From assembly GCA_030141605.1 (NCBI GenBank), contig JAQGDQ010001672.1:1-30258 (forward strand): DNA of 30,258 bases, given 5' to 3'. Below are positions 1 through 10,800 of this stretch, piece after piece. Source of the DNA: Tubiluchus corallicola. Lineage: Eukaryota > Animalia > Priapulida. Numbering within the stretch: the first letter of the stretch is position 1; every line of letters starts with the position of its first letter. The position numbers were made by a program, and so were the translations under genes. The notes below the pieces were generated by a model. It searched no databases. It saw only the letters and a program-made list of their open reading frames with translations, and had not been told where the DNA came from.

Positions 1-182
1 GATTTGGACATTTTAGTGAGTGTAAGTGTGTACACACTGATTTCTAAGTCAGATCAGGGTCAGATAGCAGTCAAGGTCACAGGTCAGACAAGGGTCAAGG
101 TCACACACTGATTTCTATGTACCAATGGCTTGTTTGCGCTTCAACGTCGGTTTATATTGCACATTGTAATTTATTTTTTCAG

Positions 183-374
183 ATTGGTAAAGACAGAGTG
201 TTGGGCTACGATCCTTGTTGTCTTAGTTTCTTTAGCAAAGGAGAATATCTGGTAGCGGGCGGGTCCAACCAGCAGGCCACCTTGTACACAAAGGACGGGG
301 TCAGTCTTGGTACCATTGCTGAACAGAATTCGTGGGTGTGGTGCTGTCGGGCTAAGCCAGATGCAAACTACGTG
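183..374 (+). CDS. IFT122: IFT122 exon 7, mirrored copy in outer arm of left fold-back
   Basis: Reverse complement of 4681..4872; identical translation in the ORF track. Confidence 0.85.
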
Positions 375-1041
375 GTAAGTTATCTTTTGTAATTTTTTTT
401 AGGTTCATTTAGTACAATAAGCAGTCTGTATATGCTGATTATTACTTAGGAACAGTCTGCTTGGGAGGGGGGGATAAAAAATTACCCCCAGACCGGTTTT
501 TTGCATTTTGCCCTTTTACCACACGCATCACAGTAAACCCTTTCTATGACTTTTTCTAAATATGTTTTGTGCACAAAATACTTTCAGTTATTTATTTTAG
601 GCGCATTGTCTCACCACGAAATAAAAGTGAAAATGCAATATGTCGATTTTTGTCGAAACTTTACTTCGCTTGTCTATACATTATACGGACGATGTATCTG
701 ATAAAACAAAATGTCAGTTACTCAAATTACTCCACCTAAAAGAAGAAAGTAGTAGACAATAAATTCAAAATAACAATGATTTTTGCACACGCGCTAGCAA
801 TGTCGGTTGTCTACAGTTATTCCAGCATAGATAAGGGAACGTAACTAAGTGAATTTAGATTTCGTATTACTAGTAAGTCACATGCCCTTAAGCAGAGGTA
901 TAATGTGTCCTATGGTGGTCAGCATAACCACAAATTATGCTGTTGCTGTTTACTGTTAACAGACAAATAAATTATATTTGTGGGATGGTCATACTTTACA
1001 TGATATATTAGTTTGAGAATAAACTCCCGATATTTTGAATT

Positions 1042-1748
1042 TTCAAGCTAAACTTGATAGAGAGGAAAAGAAGGTTCCAGAGTGATAGTTATACCTAAGC
1101 ATTACTGTCTTACAGTGTCTTGTTTTGTTATACAATGTTACGAGTGCCAGTCTTTGACAGTGGAGTGCCTGCTTATTGCTTAAGTCCAGGGAATGTATAG
1201 TGTTTGCAACTTTGGAGACTATCCGCAATTTTATTTATAAATATGCTCCAAAAGTTCCATTTGCAAAATATTCGCGAGTGTTCACTGTCTTCGCTAAAAG
1301 GTAACCAGTTTCAGCAGAAAGTTGTCGCAGCAGTCGCCGTCTTGTCAAAACGTTTCCAAAACATTGTAAACTTGTCTGAACACGCCTGACAAACCTGCGC
1401 AAACGCGTCACCAGTTATTCAAATTTCATATTTACTAGCTGTGCTCGCGCATGTCCTGTTGTGCGTATGCAGTTCGTCACAAACTGACACATCTGAATTG
1501 AGAGGTACCACACTTTTGTTTTTTGTGTAATGCGTTTCCCAAATGCACGTGCTAGTGCCCGTCTAACTAGCAAATGGCGAAACGCCTGTGACAGCGAAGA
1601 AGTAATGGCGCGAACGAGAAATTGTGTTTGTGTGGTAATAATTCTTTCACGTAAATAATTTTTGAAAAAATACTATGTTTCCTTTCAATATTTCAAAGTA
1701 CAGATTGTTTTGACCTACAGTTTAAGATTGGGTCCAGTTTTGCTTTAA
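1042..1748. mobile_element. Possible Kolobok-like non-autonomous element (mirrored at 3307..4013)
   Basis: TTCAAGCTAAACTTGA versus TCCAGTTTTGCTTTAA: 13/16 inverted match with TTAA at one end. Degenerate. Confidence 0.3.
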
Positions 1749-1792
1749 TCATTTACAACAAAAACAATTAAGTCTGTTATTAAATTTTTTAG

Positions 1793-1869
1793 GCCATTGG
1801 TTGTCAAGACGGAACGATTGCTTACCACCAGCTGGTGTTCAGTACGGTTCACGGTCTCTACAAAGACAG
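1793..1869 (+). CDS. IFT122: IFT122 exon 8 (77 nt), inside the loop of the left fold-back
   Basis: Acceptor TTTTTTAG, donor GTTTGT; [26 protein letters not shown], the segment expected right after exon 7. Confidence 0.92.
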
Positions 1870-2075
1870 GTTTGTGCAAAATATGAACGAAATTCGCATT
1901 TTAAAGCATTTTCAAAGACTGCAAATATTTAATTGGTTGGCTGTGGTGCATCTGAAAGTATTAAAGGTATTCGGTATTAAAGGAAAAAGCAACCCTCGAA
2001 CAACGATCGTTGTATTCTAATATACGCTTAGAAATATTGAAATTATTATATGATGTACGTAACATAGAATGACTT

Positions 2076-2560
2076 GCTTAAAGGAAAGAACAAGTCGCTC
2101 AGTATGTTGGGTTTATTTTACTGTTATCACTTAAACTGTTTGTGGTATGCTAAAGGCAAGAACAAGTCACTAAGTATGTTGGGTTTATTTTACTGTTATC
2201 ACTTAAACTGTTTGTGGTGTGCTAAAGGCAAGAACAAGTCACTAAGTATGTTGGGTTTATTTTACTGTTATCACTTAAACTGTTTGTGGTGTGCTAAAGG
2301 AGTGAACAAGCCACTCAGTATGTTGGGTTTATTTTACTGTTATCACTTAAACTGTTTGTGGTGTGCTAAAGGAAAGAACAAGTCACTCAGCATGTTGGGT
2401 TTATTTAATGTTATCACTTAAACTGTTTGTGGTGTGCTAAAGGCAAGAACAAGTCACTCAGCATGTTGGGTTTATTTTACTGTTATCACTTAAACTGTTT
2501 GTGGTGTGCTAAAGGCAAGAACAAGTCACTCAGCATGTTGGGTTTATTTTACTGTTATCA
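2076..2560. repeat. 72-bp minisatellite, about 6.7 copies
   Basis: Unit GCTAAAGGCAAGAACAAGTCACTCAGTATGTTGGG...GTGGTGT; CTAAAGG recurs at 2150, 2222, 2294. Confidence 0.95.
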
Positions 2561-2712
2561 GTCAAGTTAGAAAGGTATAACAATGTAATTTGCACAAAAA
2601 CTATCTATAAAGTGTATATTTAAAATCTACTACTTCAGAATAGAAACTTTCAGGCATGGTGGTTGCAGCCATTCCCTTCAAAATTATGACGTAGCTAGAG
2701 ACTTCCTTCGTG

Positions 2713-3240
2713 ACTTTTCTAAACGCGTCGTGGTTTTCCGCAAGCGCGTCGTGGCTTTTCGCGAGCGCATTGTGGCTTTTTGCGAGCTCATCGTTGGCTT
2801 TCCGCGAGCGCGTCGTGGCTTTTCGTGAGCGCGTCTTGGCTTTGTGTAAGCGCGTCGTTGGCTTTCAGCGAGCGCGTCTTGGCTTTTCGCGAGCGCGTCT
2901 TGGCTTTTCGCGAGCGCGTCGTGGCTTTTCGCGAGCGCGTCTTGGCTTTGTGTAAGCGCGTCGTTGGCTTTCAGCGAGCGCGTCTTGGCTTTTCGCGAGC
3001 GCGTCTTGGCTTTGTGTAAGCGCGTCGTTGGCTTTTCGCGAGCGCGTCTTCGCTTTGTGTAAGCGCGTCGTTGGCTTTCAGCGAGCGCATCTTGGCATTT
3101 CGCGAGCGCGTCGTTGGCTTTCCGCGAGCGCGTCGTGGCTTTCCGTAAGCGCGTCGTGGCTTTCCGTAAGCATGTCGTGGCTTTCCGTGCGTGCGTTGTG
3201 GCTTTCTGCGAGTGTGTCGTGGCTTTCCGTGAGCATGTGC
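2713..3240. repeat. GC/CpG-rich 21-22 bp minisatellite
   Basis: Units such as GCGAGCGCGTCTTGGCTTTTC and GTAAGCGCGTCGTTGGCTTTCA. Confidence 0.93.
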
Positions 3241-4680
3241 TGCTTAAACTAATTCAAACTTCCGCAGCTTATAAAATTAGCTACTTAATTTTTTTGTTGT
3301 AAATGATTAAAGCAAAACTGGACCCAATCTTAAACTGTAGGTCAAAACAATCTGTACTTTGAAATATTGAAAGGAAACATAGTATTTTTTCAAAAATTAT
3401 TTACGTGAAAGAATTATTACCACACAAACACAATTTCTCGTTCGCGCCATTACTTCTTCGCTGTCACAGGCGTTTCGCCATTTGCTAGTTAGACGGGCAC
3501 TAGCACGTGCATTTGGGAAACGCATTACACAAAAAACAAAAGTGTGGTACCTCTCAATTCAGATGTGTCAGTTTGTGACGAACTGCATACGCACAACAGG
3601 ACATGCGCGAGCACAGCTAGTAAATATGAAATTTGAATAACTGGTGACGCGTTTGCGCAGGTTTGTCAGGCGTGTTCAGACAAGTTTACAATGTTTTGGA
3701 AACGTTTTGACAAGACGGCGACTGCTGCGACAACTTTCTGCTGAAACTGGTTACCTTTTAGCGAAGACAGTGAACACTCGCGAATATTTTGCAAATGGAA
3801 CTTTTGGAGCATATTTATAAATAAAATTGCGGATAGTCTCCAAAGTTGCAAACACTATACATTCCCTGGACTTAAGCAATAAGCAGGCACTCCACTGTCA
3901 AAGACTGGCACTCGTAACATTGTATAACAAAACAAGACACTGTAAGACAGTAATGCTTAGGTATAACTATCACTCTGGAACCTTCTTTTCCTCTCTATCA
4001 AGTTTAGCTTGAAAATTCAAAATATCGGGAGTTTATTCTCAAACTAATATATCATGTAAAGTATGACCATCCCACAAATATAATTTATTTGTCTGTTAAC
4101 AGTAAACAGCAACAGCATAATTTGTGGTTATGCTGACCACCATAGGACACATTATACCTCTGCTTAAGGGCATGTGACTTACTAGTAATACGAAATCTAA
4201 ATTCACTTAGTTACGTTCCCTTATCTATGCTGGAATAACTGTAGACAACCGACATTGCTAGCGCGTGTGCAAAAATCATTGTTATTTTGAATTTATTGTC
4301 TACTACTTTCTTCTTTTAGGTGGAGTAATTTGAGTAACTGACATTTTGTTTTATCAGATACATCGTCCGTATAATGTATAGACAAGCGAAGTAAAGTTTC
4401 GACAAAAATCGACATATTGCATTTTCACTTTTATTTCGTGGTGAGACAATGCGCCTAAAATAAATAACTGAAAGTATTTTGTGCACAAAACATATTTAGA
4501 AAAAGTCATAGAAAGGGTTTACTGTGATGCGTGTGGTAAAAGGGCAAAATGCAAAAAACCGGTCTGGGGGTAATTTTTTATCCCCCCCTCCCAAGCAGAC
4601 TGTTCCTAAGTAATAATCAGCATATACAGACTGCTTATTGTACTAAATGAACCTAAAAAAAATTACAAAAGATAACTTAC

Positions 4681-4872
4681 CACGTAGTTTGCATCTGGCT
4701 TAGCCCGACAGCACCACACCCACGAATTCTGTTCAGCAATGGTACCAAGACTGACCCCGTCCTTTGTGTACAAGGTGGCCTGCTGGTTGGACCCGCCCGC
4801 TACCAGATATTCTCCTTTGCTAAAGAAACTAAGACAACAAGGATCGTAGCCCAACACTCTGTCTTTACCAAT
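4681..4872 (-). CDS. IFT122: IFT122 exon 7 (192 nt), inner-arm copy
   Basis: Acceptor TTTTTTCAG, donor GTAAGT; [23 protein letters not shown]...[16 protein letters not shown]. Confidence 0.94.
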
Positions 4873-7800
4873 CTGAAAAAATAAATTACAATGTGCAATA
4901 TAAACCGACGTTGAAGCGCAAACAAGCCATTGGTACATAGAAATCAGTGTGTGACCTTGACCCTTGTCTGACCTGTGACCTTGACTGCTATCTGACCCTG
5001 ATCTGACTTAGAAATCAGTGTGTACACACTTACACTCACTAAAATGTCCAAATCATAAAGATATGTACTTATAATATCTAATTGTGGTTAAGCGTGTTGA
5101 AGTCGTGCGAAAAATACCAATAACATTATCATTTCATTGAGAATTTATGATTTTATAGGAATTATAGGACATTTTTATAGTTTATCAAGTTTTATAGAAA
5201 TTATAGGACATAACCCCAAAATATAGGAATTATAGGACGAGTCTTTAGGTGACCCCAGCTGGGCCAAAATTTGGCAGTGTCAAAAACTGTAACATTACAA
5301 TGTTTTCTCTGCATGTTGCATCTGTTTGGCCTTGAAATTGTCAAAGAATACGTACTTTATCTGTTTTGGATGAAACGGTCATTTTTACACCCTAGCAACC
5401 GCCAAATTAAAACCTTGTACACCATAGCAACCACTGGACTTTTGAAGGGCCATACAATCTATTGTCCAAAATTGCTATAAAACATTTTGTTTACCGCATA
5501 CATCACGTAGATTTTTAGCAATAAGTGCAAAATCCTACATAACTTGAAGATTCGTGATTCTCTGGGTCGCGACCTTTCAAACCCGGGTCATTCATTTTGA
5601 CTCGTGGTATGCATCTTACGGCAAGGTTGCTGCACCAAGGTTTTGGCTAATTAAGAGAATATTAGGTCAACTGTGGAGGACGCTCGCCGCATGACTTACC
5701 GACTAACTAACTGACCTAATAACAAAAATTAAAAACAAATGAAATGCATTTGGATGTAAACCGAATAAAGCTGATTTTACCTGTTTACCGCTTAGTTGAT
5801 AAAATGAAAGATTTTGTTTCCAGTCAGCAACGGCTAGCGTGTCGTAAGGTTCATCCCTAGAAACAAATAAAAATCAACGTTTAAACTAAGATACCTTGTG
5901 CGGCCCGCAAAAGATTTGTCAACCTAATGAAACGGCAACCCGGGCGATGAATTGAGACGAATGTATCAGGAAGATATTTTTCCAGCCGAAGTCCGCGCCA
6001 CGATCGCAAAGATGGTGCGGGTAGTTTTTTCCCGCTAGATCGGATGCCATTAAACCTTACAAGGCGGTTGTCACTTAATGACACTGTTTCGGACATGACG
6101 AAATTTCACAATGCTCACTTGGAACCCAAAAAATGATGTAATCACAGCAAACTATCATGGAAGCTGCCATTGAAACGCTCAAATTTGCAAGAAATACGCC
6201 AGAAATATTTAACACTAACTTGGATGGATTCCACTGAAGAGACCATACAGGCATACCACCTCTGTCTATCTTCACTTTCTCCTCTCCAGCCTGGAAAGGA
6301 AACATAAAGTTTAAAAGTGCAACAGAAACCGGCTTGTAAGGATAACAGATTTAAAAAACTGATTCAATAAAATTAAAAATATGTGCGCTTGCATAGCAAA
6401 ATCGTCCCTAAGTAGGCAATTAAGCTTTTCTAATTATTCACACATCCTGAATCTTCATTTCACGAGGATCATTTTGATACCAAGTTCATCGCTCTATGTT
6501 ATTTCTAGCCTGAGATAATCCACATTGAAGTTGAGGTGCAGGCTGCACACTGAAGAACATAATCTTGAGAAAATCACTGTTAAGGTCAGCCATTGTTTTT
6601 GTCACGTTTCTACAAAACACTTAGCAACCACACAAACGTTGATTGTTTCGGACTTGGCGAGAGAACACATCGAAGTTGCGTTTAAATCCAGTAGATGGCT
6701 CTTCCTGACGAAGATCTGGGCTTGGAAACAGAAAAAACCCGAAGCAAAATGATTGAGCTACTACTATCAGAATTTGAAAACACAACTTTTTTTATAATTG
6801 CAGTCCTATTTTGTGCCAGAAAACTGGGTGCAGGGTTATAAAATTAGATTTTTAGTATTTTTTGAAGATTTTCTTGATGATTTGATGCTAGAATACAAAA
6901 GTCCAATATGGTTAACATTGGTTTTTATAAAGGACAAGAAATTTGACCAAATTTGACCACATTTGACCAAATTTTTGGTGCATTCTATTTCGAAGCGCCA
7001 TAGCATAGTTTTACCTATGCCGACTTACGGACGGCTTTGCTTTGCAAGCACACATATTATAAAAAAGTACCTTATTTCGAATGCTAACATTGCCATTGTA
7101 CAAACCGATAGCCAAATACTGTCCATCGTTTGTCCAAGAACAGCTGCACACACGAGACGACGTTTTATGTTTCTGCACGGATTTTTGTTCCGGTGACCAC
7201 AGACCTAAAAAACGGACTTTGTTCGTAAGATAAAGATGTACGCAGAAAACAATCAGCAACAGAAATAATTGAAAAAGTTTTAGTCAAAGATTGAAATGTA
7301 TCATGGGCAAATGAGAGATGTTTGTGAAAATTTGTTTATTTACGCAAAATGATTTTTTTAACATTCAGATAAAACCTGCGTGAATCTAACTAGATTTGCC
7401 GCAATAGAAATTGGCGACCACGTTTAGTAGAATGGATTCCAGGACTTGTGTCGAAATTCTGACCCTGGTCAAAAGTGATTATTTATACCCTTTTTGGCAA
7501 TGTTTACTTCCAGCCTTTAGCTGTTTGAACTGCTAATAATTGGAATTTGTCACAACAGTAAAGTAGCCGTTTCATTTTTTGTGACTGTTTTTCCCCTGCC
7601 CACTACGTTATTTGCAACACTTTTTGCAATGCTTCTTGCAACATTTCTTGAAACACTTCTTGCAACATTTCTTGCAACATTTCATGCAACACTTCTTGCA
7701 GCATTTCTTGCAACATTTCTTGCAACACCTCTTGCAACACTCCTTGCAACACTTCTTGCAACACTTCTTGTAACACTTCTTGCAACACTTCTTGCAAGAT

Positions 7801-10800
7801 TTCTTGCAACATTTCTAGCAACACTTCTTGCAACACTTCTTACAACACTTCTTGCAACACTTCTTACAACACTTCTTGCAACATTTCTTGCAACACTTCT
7901 TGCAACACTCCTTGCAACATTTCTTGCAACACTTCTTGCAACACTCCTTGCAACGCTTCTTGCAACAATCGGGTACCTACCAAAATCACCACAAGCACAG
8001 CTTGCAAGCTGGTGGGTTACTGGATTGTACGACAGGCACTGTATGGCATCATTATGTCTGAAAAGTTTATAAGTTTATTTATTTCCACTCTGCATCTAAC
8101 AGTTATAATAAAAATACAGATAATTTCACTGAAGTAAATATAAATATAAATGCAATATTATCCAGAAATTACAAAAGAGATTCTTATGCAGCATATACAT
8201 GTGCAAATTACATTACAGAGTAATTTTGATGCATACAGTTTGAGCCTAAAAGCATAGCTTACCAGGCTAAACTGTGCGTGGAAATCTTAAAGAAATGATT
8301 AATAATTGAAATAGGGATAATATTTACATAAAAGTGGGGGGGGGGTAGTGAATGAAAGATGAAATGGAGCGAGAACTAAGAAAAACTGTGATCATGATTA
8401 TAAAGTGTTCAGTAACCTGTTGAGCATAGTCACGTTTTATTAAGATTACTGTAGAAAAAGAATGCAGGTGATTACAAGCTTAAATAAGAGTCATACACTT
8501 CATGCGTGTAATGTATCATTATGTCCGAAAAAAATAAAAAATTAATCTCAAATAGAACTTATGGCTTGCATTTTTGAATGCATAACAAATAATAGCAGAC
8601 TTTCGCTACATTACAGATCATTGTGGTGAAATTGCTTTCACGCTTTTAGCTGTATGTAGTCATTAATCAAGCCGACAATGAAAATACTTCCATCTAATTG
8701 CCCGGGTAATTTTTTTATCGCAAACCTTGGGAGGAGGAATTTTATATTTTTTTTGTAAGTTCATATACATACTTGATGCAGTCATTGATATAAAAGATAT
8801 ATACGCATATTTTTTAAATTTAAAACATAAAATGCAGCAATTATCATAAAATCGTTCATTTGGTGAATGCAGCACGCGGCCGTGTTTCTTCATGGCTAAC
8901 CCTTGCCCAGCGTTCCCGTTTTGTATGATTCTCGTGGTACAGGAGACTAAAAAGTATCGAATTGTACTGCTGACCAAATGGAAAATAAACAAACTTAGAT
9001 TTCAACTGATTTTAAATATCCCACAATTCAGCTTTAACCATTCACAAAGCTTTAAAAGATGTTTTCCTCCCTGCCTATATGACGTCTTTTGAGCTCACGA
9101 GGTAAGACAGAAACAATCTTTTGTGGCCAGCCTCTGTAAGGTATGAACAGTAATTTGCAAAAGTTTAAGACCAAGCTCGAGTTTTCGGGATTTTCATCAT
9201 ACTGTAGCCTGATTGCATAAGATTCTTTGTTGATTGCATCATACTGCTAGTGGTTTGAAACAGTACGTCTAGTGAGTATGAGTGACTCATTTGCCTGCCG
9301 TTTTTCCATTTTTCTTGTGATCCAAAAAATGGGCAAAAAATCGTCATTGAGTGAGACTCAGAGGGTTCAAATCGTGACTTTACATCAAGAAGGATATACT
9401 GAAAGGGTGATAAGTGCTAGATTACGGTTTTCCAAGACAGCTGTGCACCAAGCTATTGTCAAATTCGAGACTGATGGCACTGAGAGTGATAGGAAACGGT
9501 CTGGACGTCCGCGGAAGAGTACCCAAAGAGACGACCACATCATGAGACGCATGCAAGACGGAGCTCCTTGTCACAGATCGAAGGGGAGAACAACATCGCC
9601 GTACTTGAATGGCCTGGAAACAGCCCGGACTTCAATCTGATAGAGAATATCTGGGAGATAGTGAATGATGAGGTGGCAGACAGGCAGCCATCAAGTGCTG
9701 AAGACTTGCGAAGAGTTATCAAGGACGTTTGGGTTAAAGAAATTAGTTCCGAGTACTGCCAAAACCTAATTTCCAGTATGCCTCTTAGAATGAAGGCAGT
9801 GATTGACAACTTCGGCGGCCATACAAAGTACTAAAATGTTCAAGGACTGTGACTATATTTGGATAAAAACATACAAACTATGCTTTAGTATATTTTTCTA
9901 GAAGAAAGAATGAATAGTTTTTAGATGGAACCGTGTTAAACAATGGTTTTGTCAATTTTCATGAAAAAAATCACTTTGGTCTTAAAGATTCTTTGTATCA
10001 TCTACAAAATACTATATTGTATGGAACTTACAATCATGTGCAAAAGTTTAAGACCAAAGATCGGAACTTTATCAGCAACCAATGTAACTCTCTTACAATG
10101 GGTGTAATATGATCATATTTTCTAACATGACTACAGTCATACCTCCGTTTTCGAACGTCTCCGTACTCGTACAAATCGGTTTTCGACCAGAAAATTCGAG
10201 CTGAAATTGTCTCCGCTTTCGACCAGAATTTCGGTACTCGACAAACCCCCAAACACTTAATGAACGCATGCGCTGGGAGCCGAGTAGAGCCGAGCGTAAC
10301 CGACCGTGCCTGAGAGTAGTCATGCACAAGATTTGAATCACCTAACACCGCTGACTGCTTTCTACGCTTATTTTTCTCCGCTTTTTCATGCCGGAACAAT
10401 TACCGTATATACTCGCATATAAGCCTACATCGCATATAAGCCGACCCCCTAAAACTGCTTTAAAATGGCCAGTTTTTGCAAAAACCCATATATAAGCCGA
10501 CCATCAACTTGTCTAATTTTACTCCATACCCAATCAACAAAATTCATCCCTTTTTGTCACATATATTTATACATTTTTAATATTTTTTATCTAATGAATA
10601 CAAAAATCAGACATTTATTGAAATGTGAATTTTTTTCTAAAAAAAAGTGGGTGGACGGCGATCCCCCACAATCAACTTGTCTAATTTTACTCCATACCCA
10701 ATCAACAAAATTGATCCCTTTTTGTCACATATATTTATACATTTTTAATATTTTTTATCTAATGAATACAAAAAGCAGACATTTATTGAAATGTGAATTT

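Larger units (their letters stand above)
1..5054. repeat. Left terminal inverted repeat: arms 1..1764 and 3291..5054, loop 1526 bp
   Basis: Position n pairs with 5055-n; three ORF pairs are mirrored with identical translations. Confidence 0.97.

Noticed and set aside
1-5054. Fold-back arms as TIRs of a giant transposon or virus
   Set aside because: Arms contain ordinary host exons and introns, loops contain the next host exon, there is no transposase, integrase or polymerase, and left and right arms are unrelated.
5390-5432. RFX X-box-like half sites CCTAGCAAC and CCATAGCAAC in an IFT122 intron
   Set aside because: Half sites only, over 8 kb from the start codon, inside repeat-like sequence at about 5250..5720.
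7581-8072. Low-complexity ORFs (LATL, QHFL, QEVL)
   Set aside because: Translations of the 12-bp array; the real coding part is IFT122 exon 3 on the minus strand.
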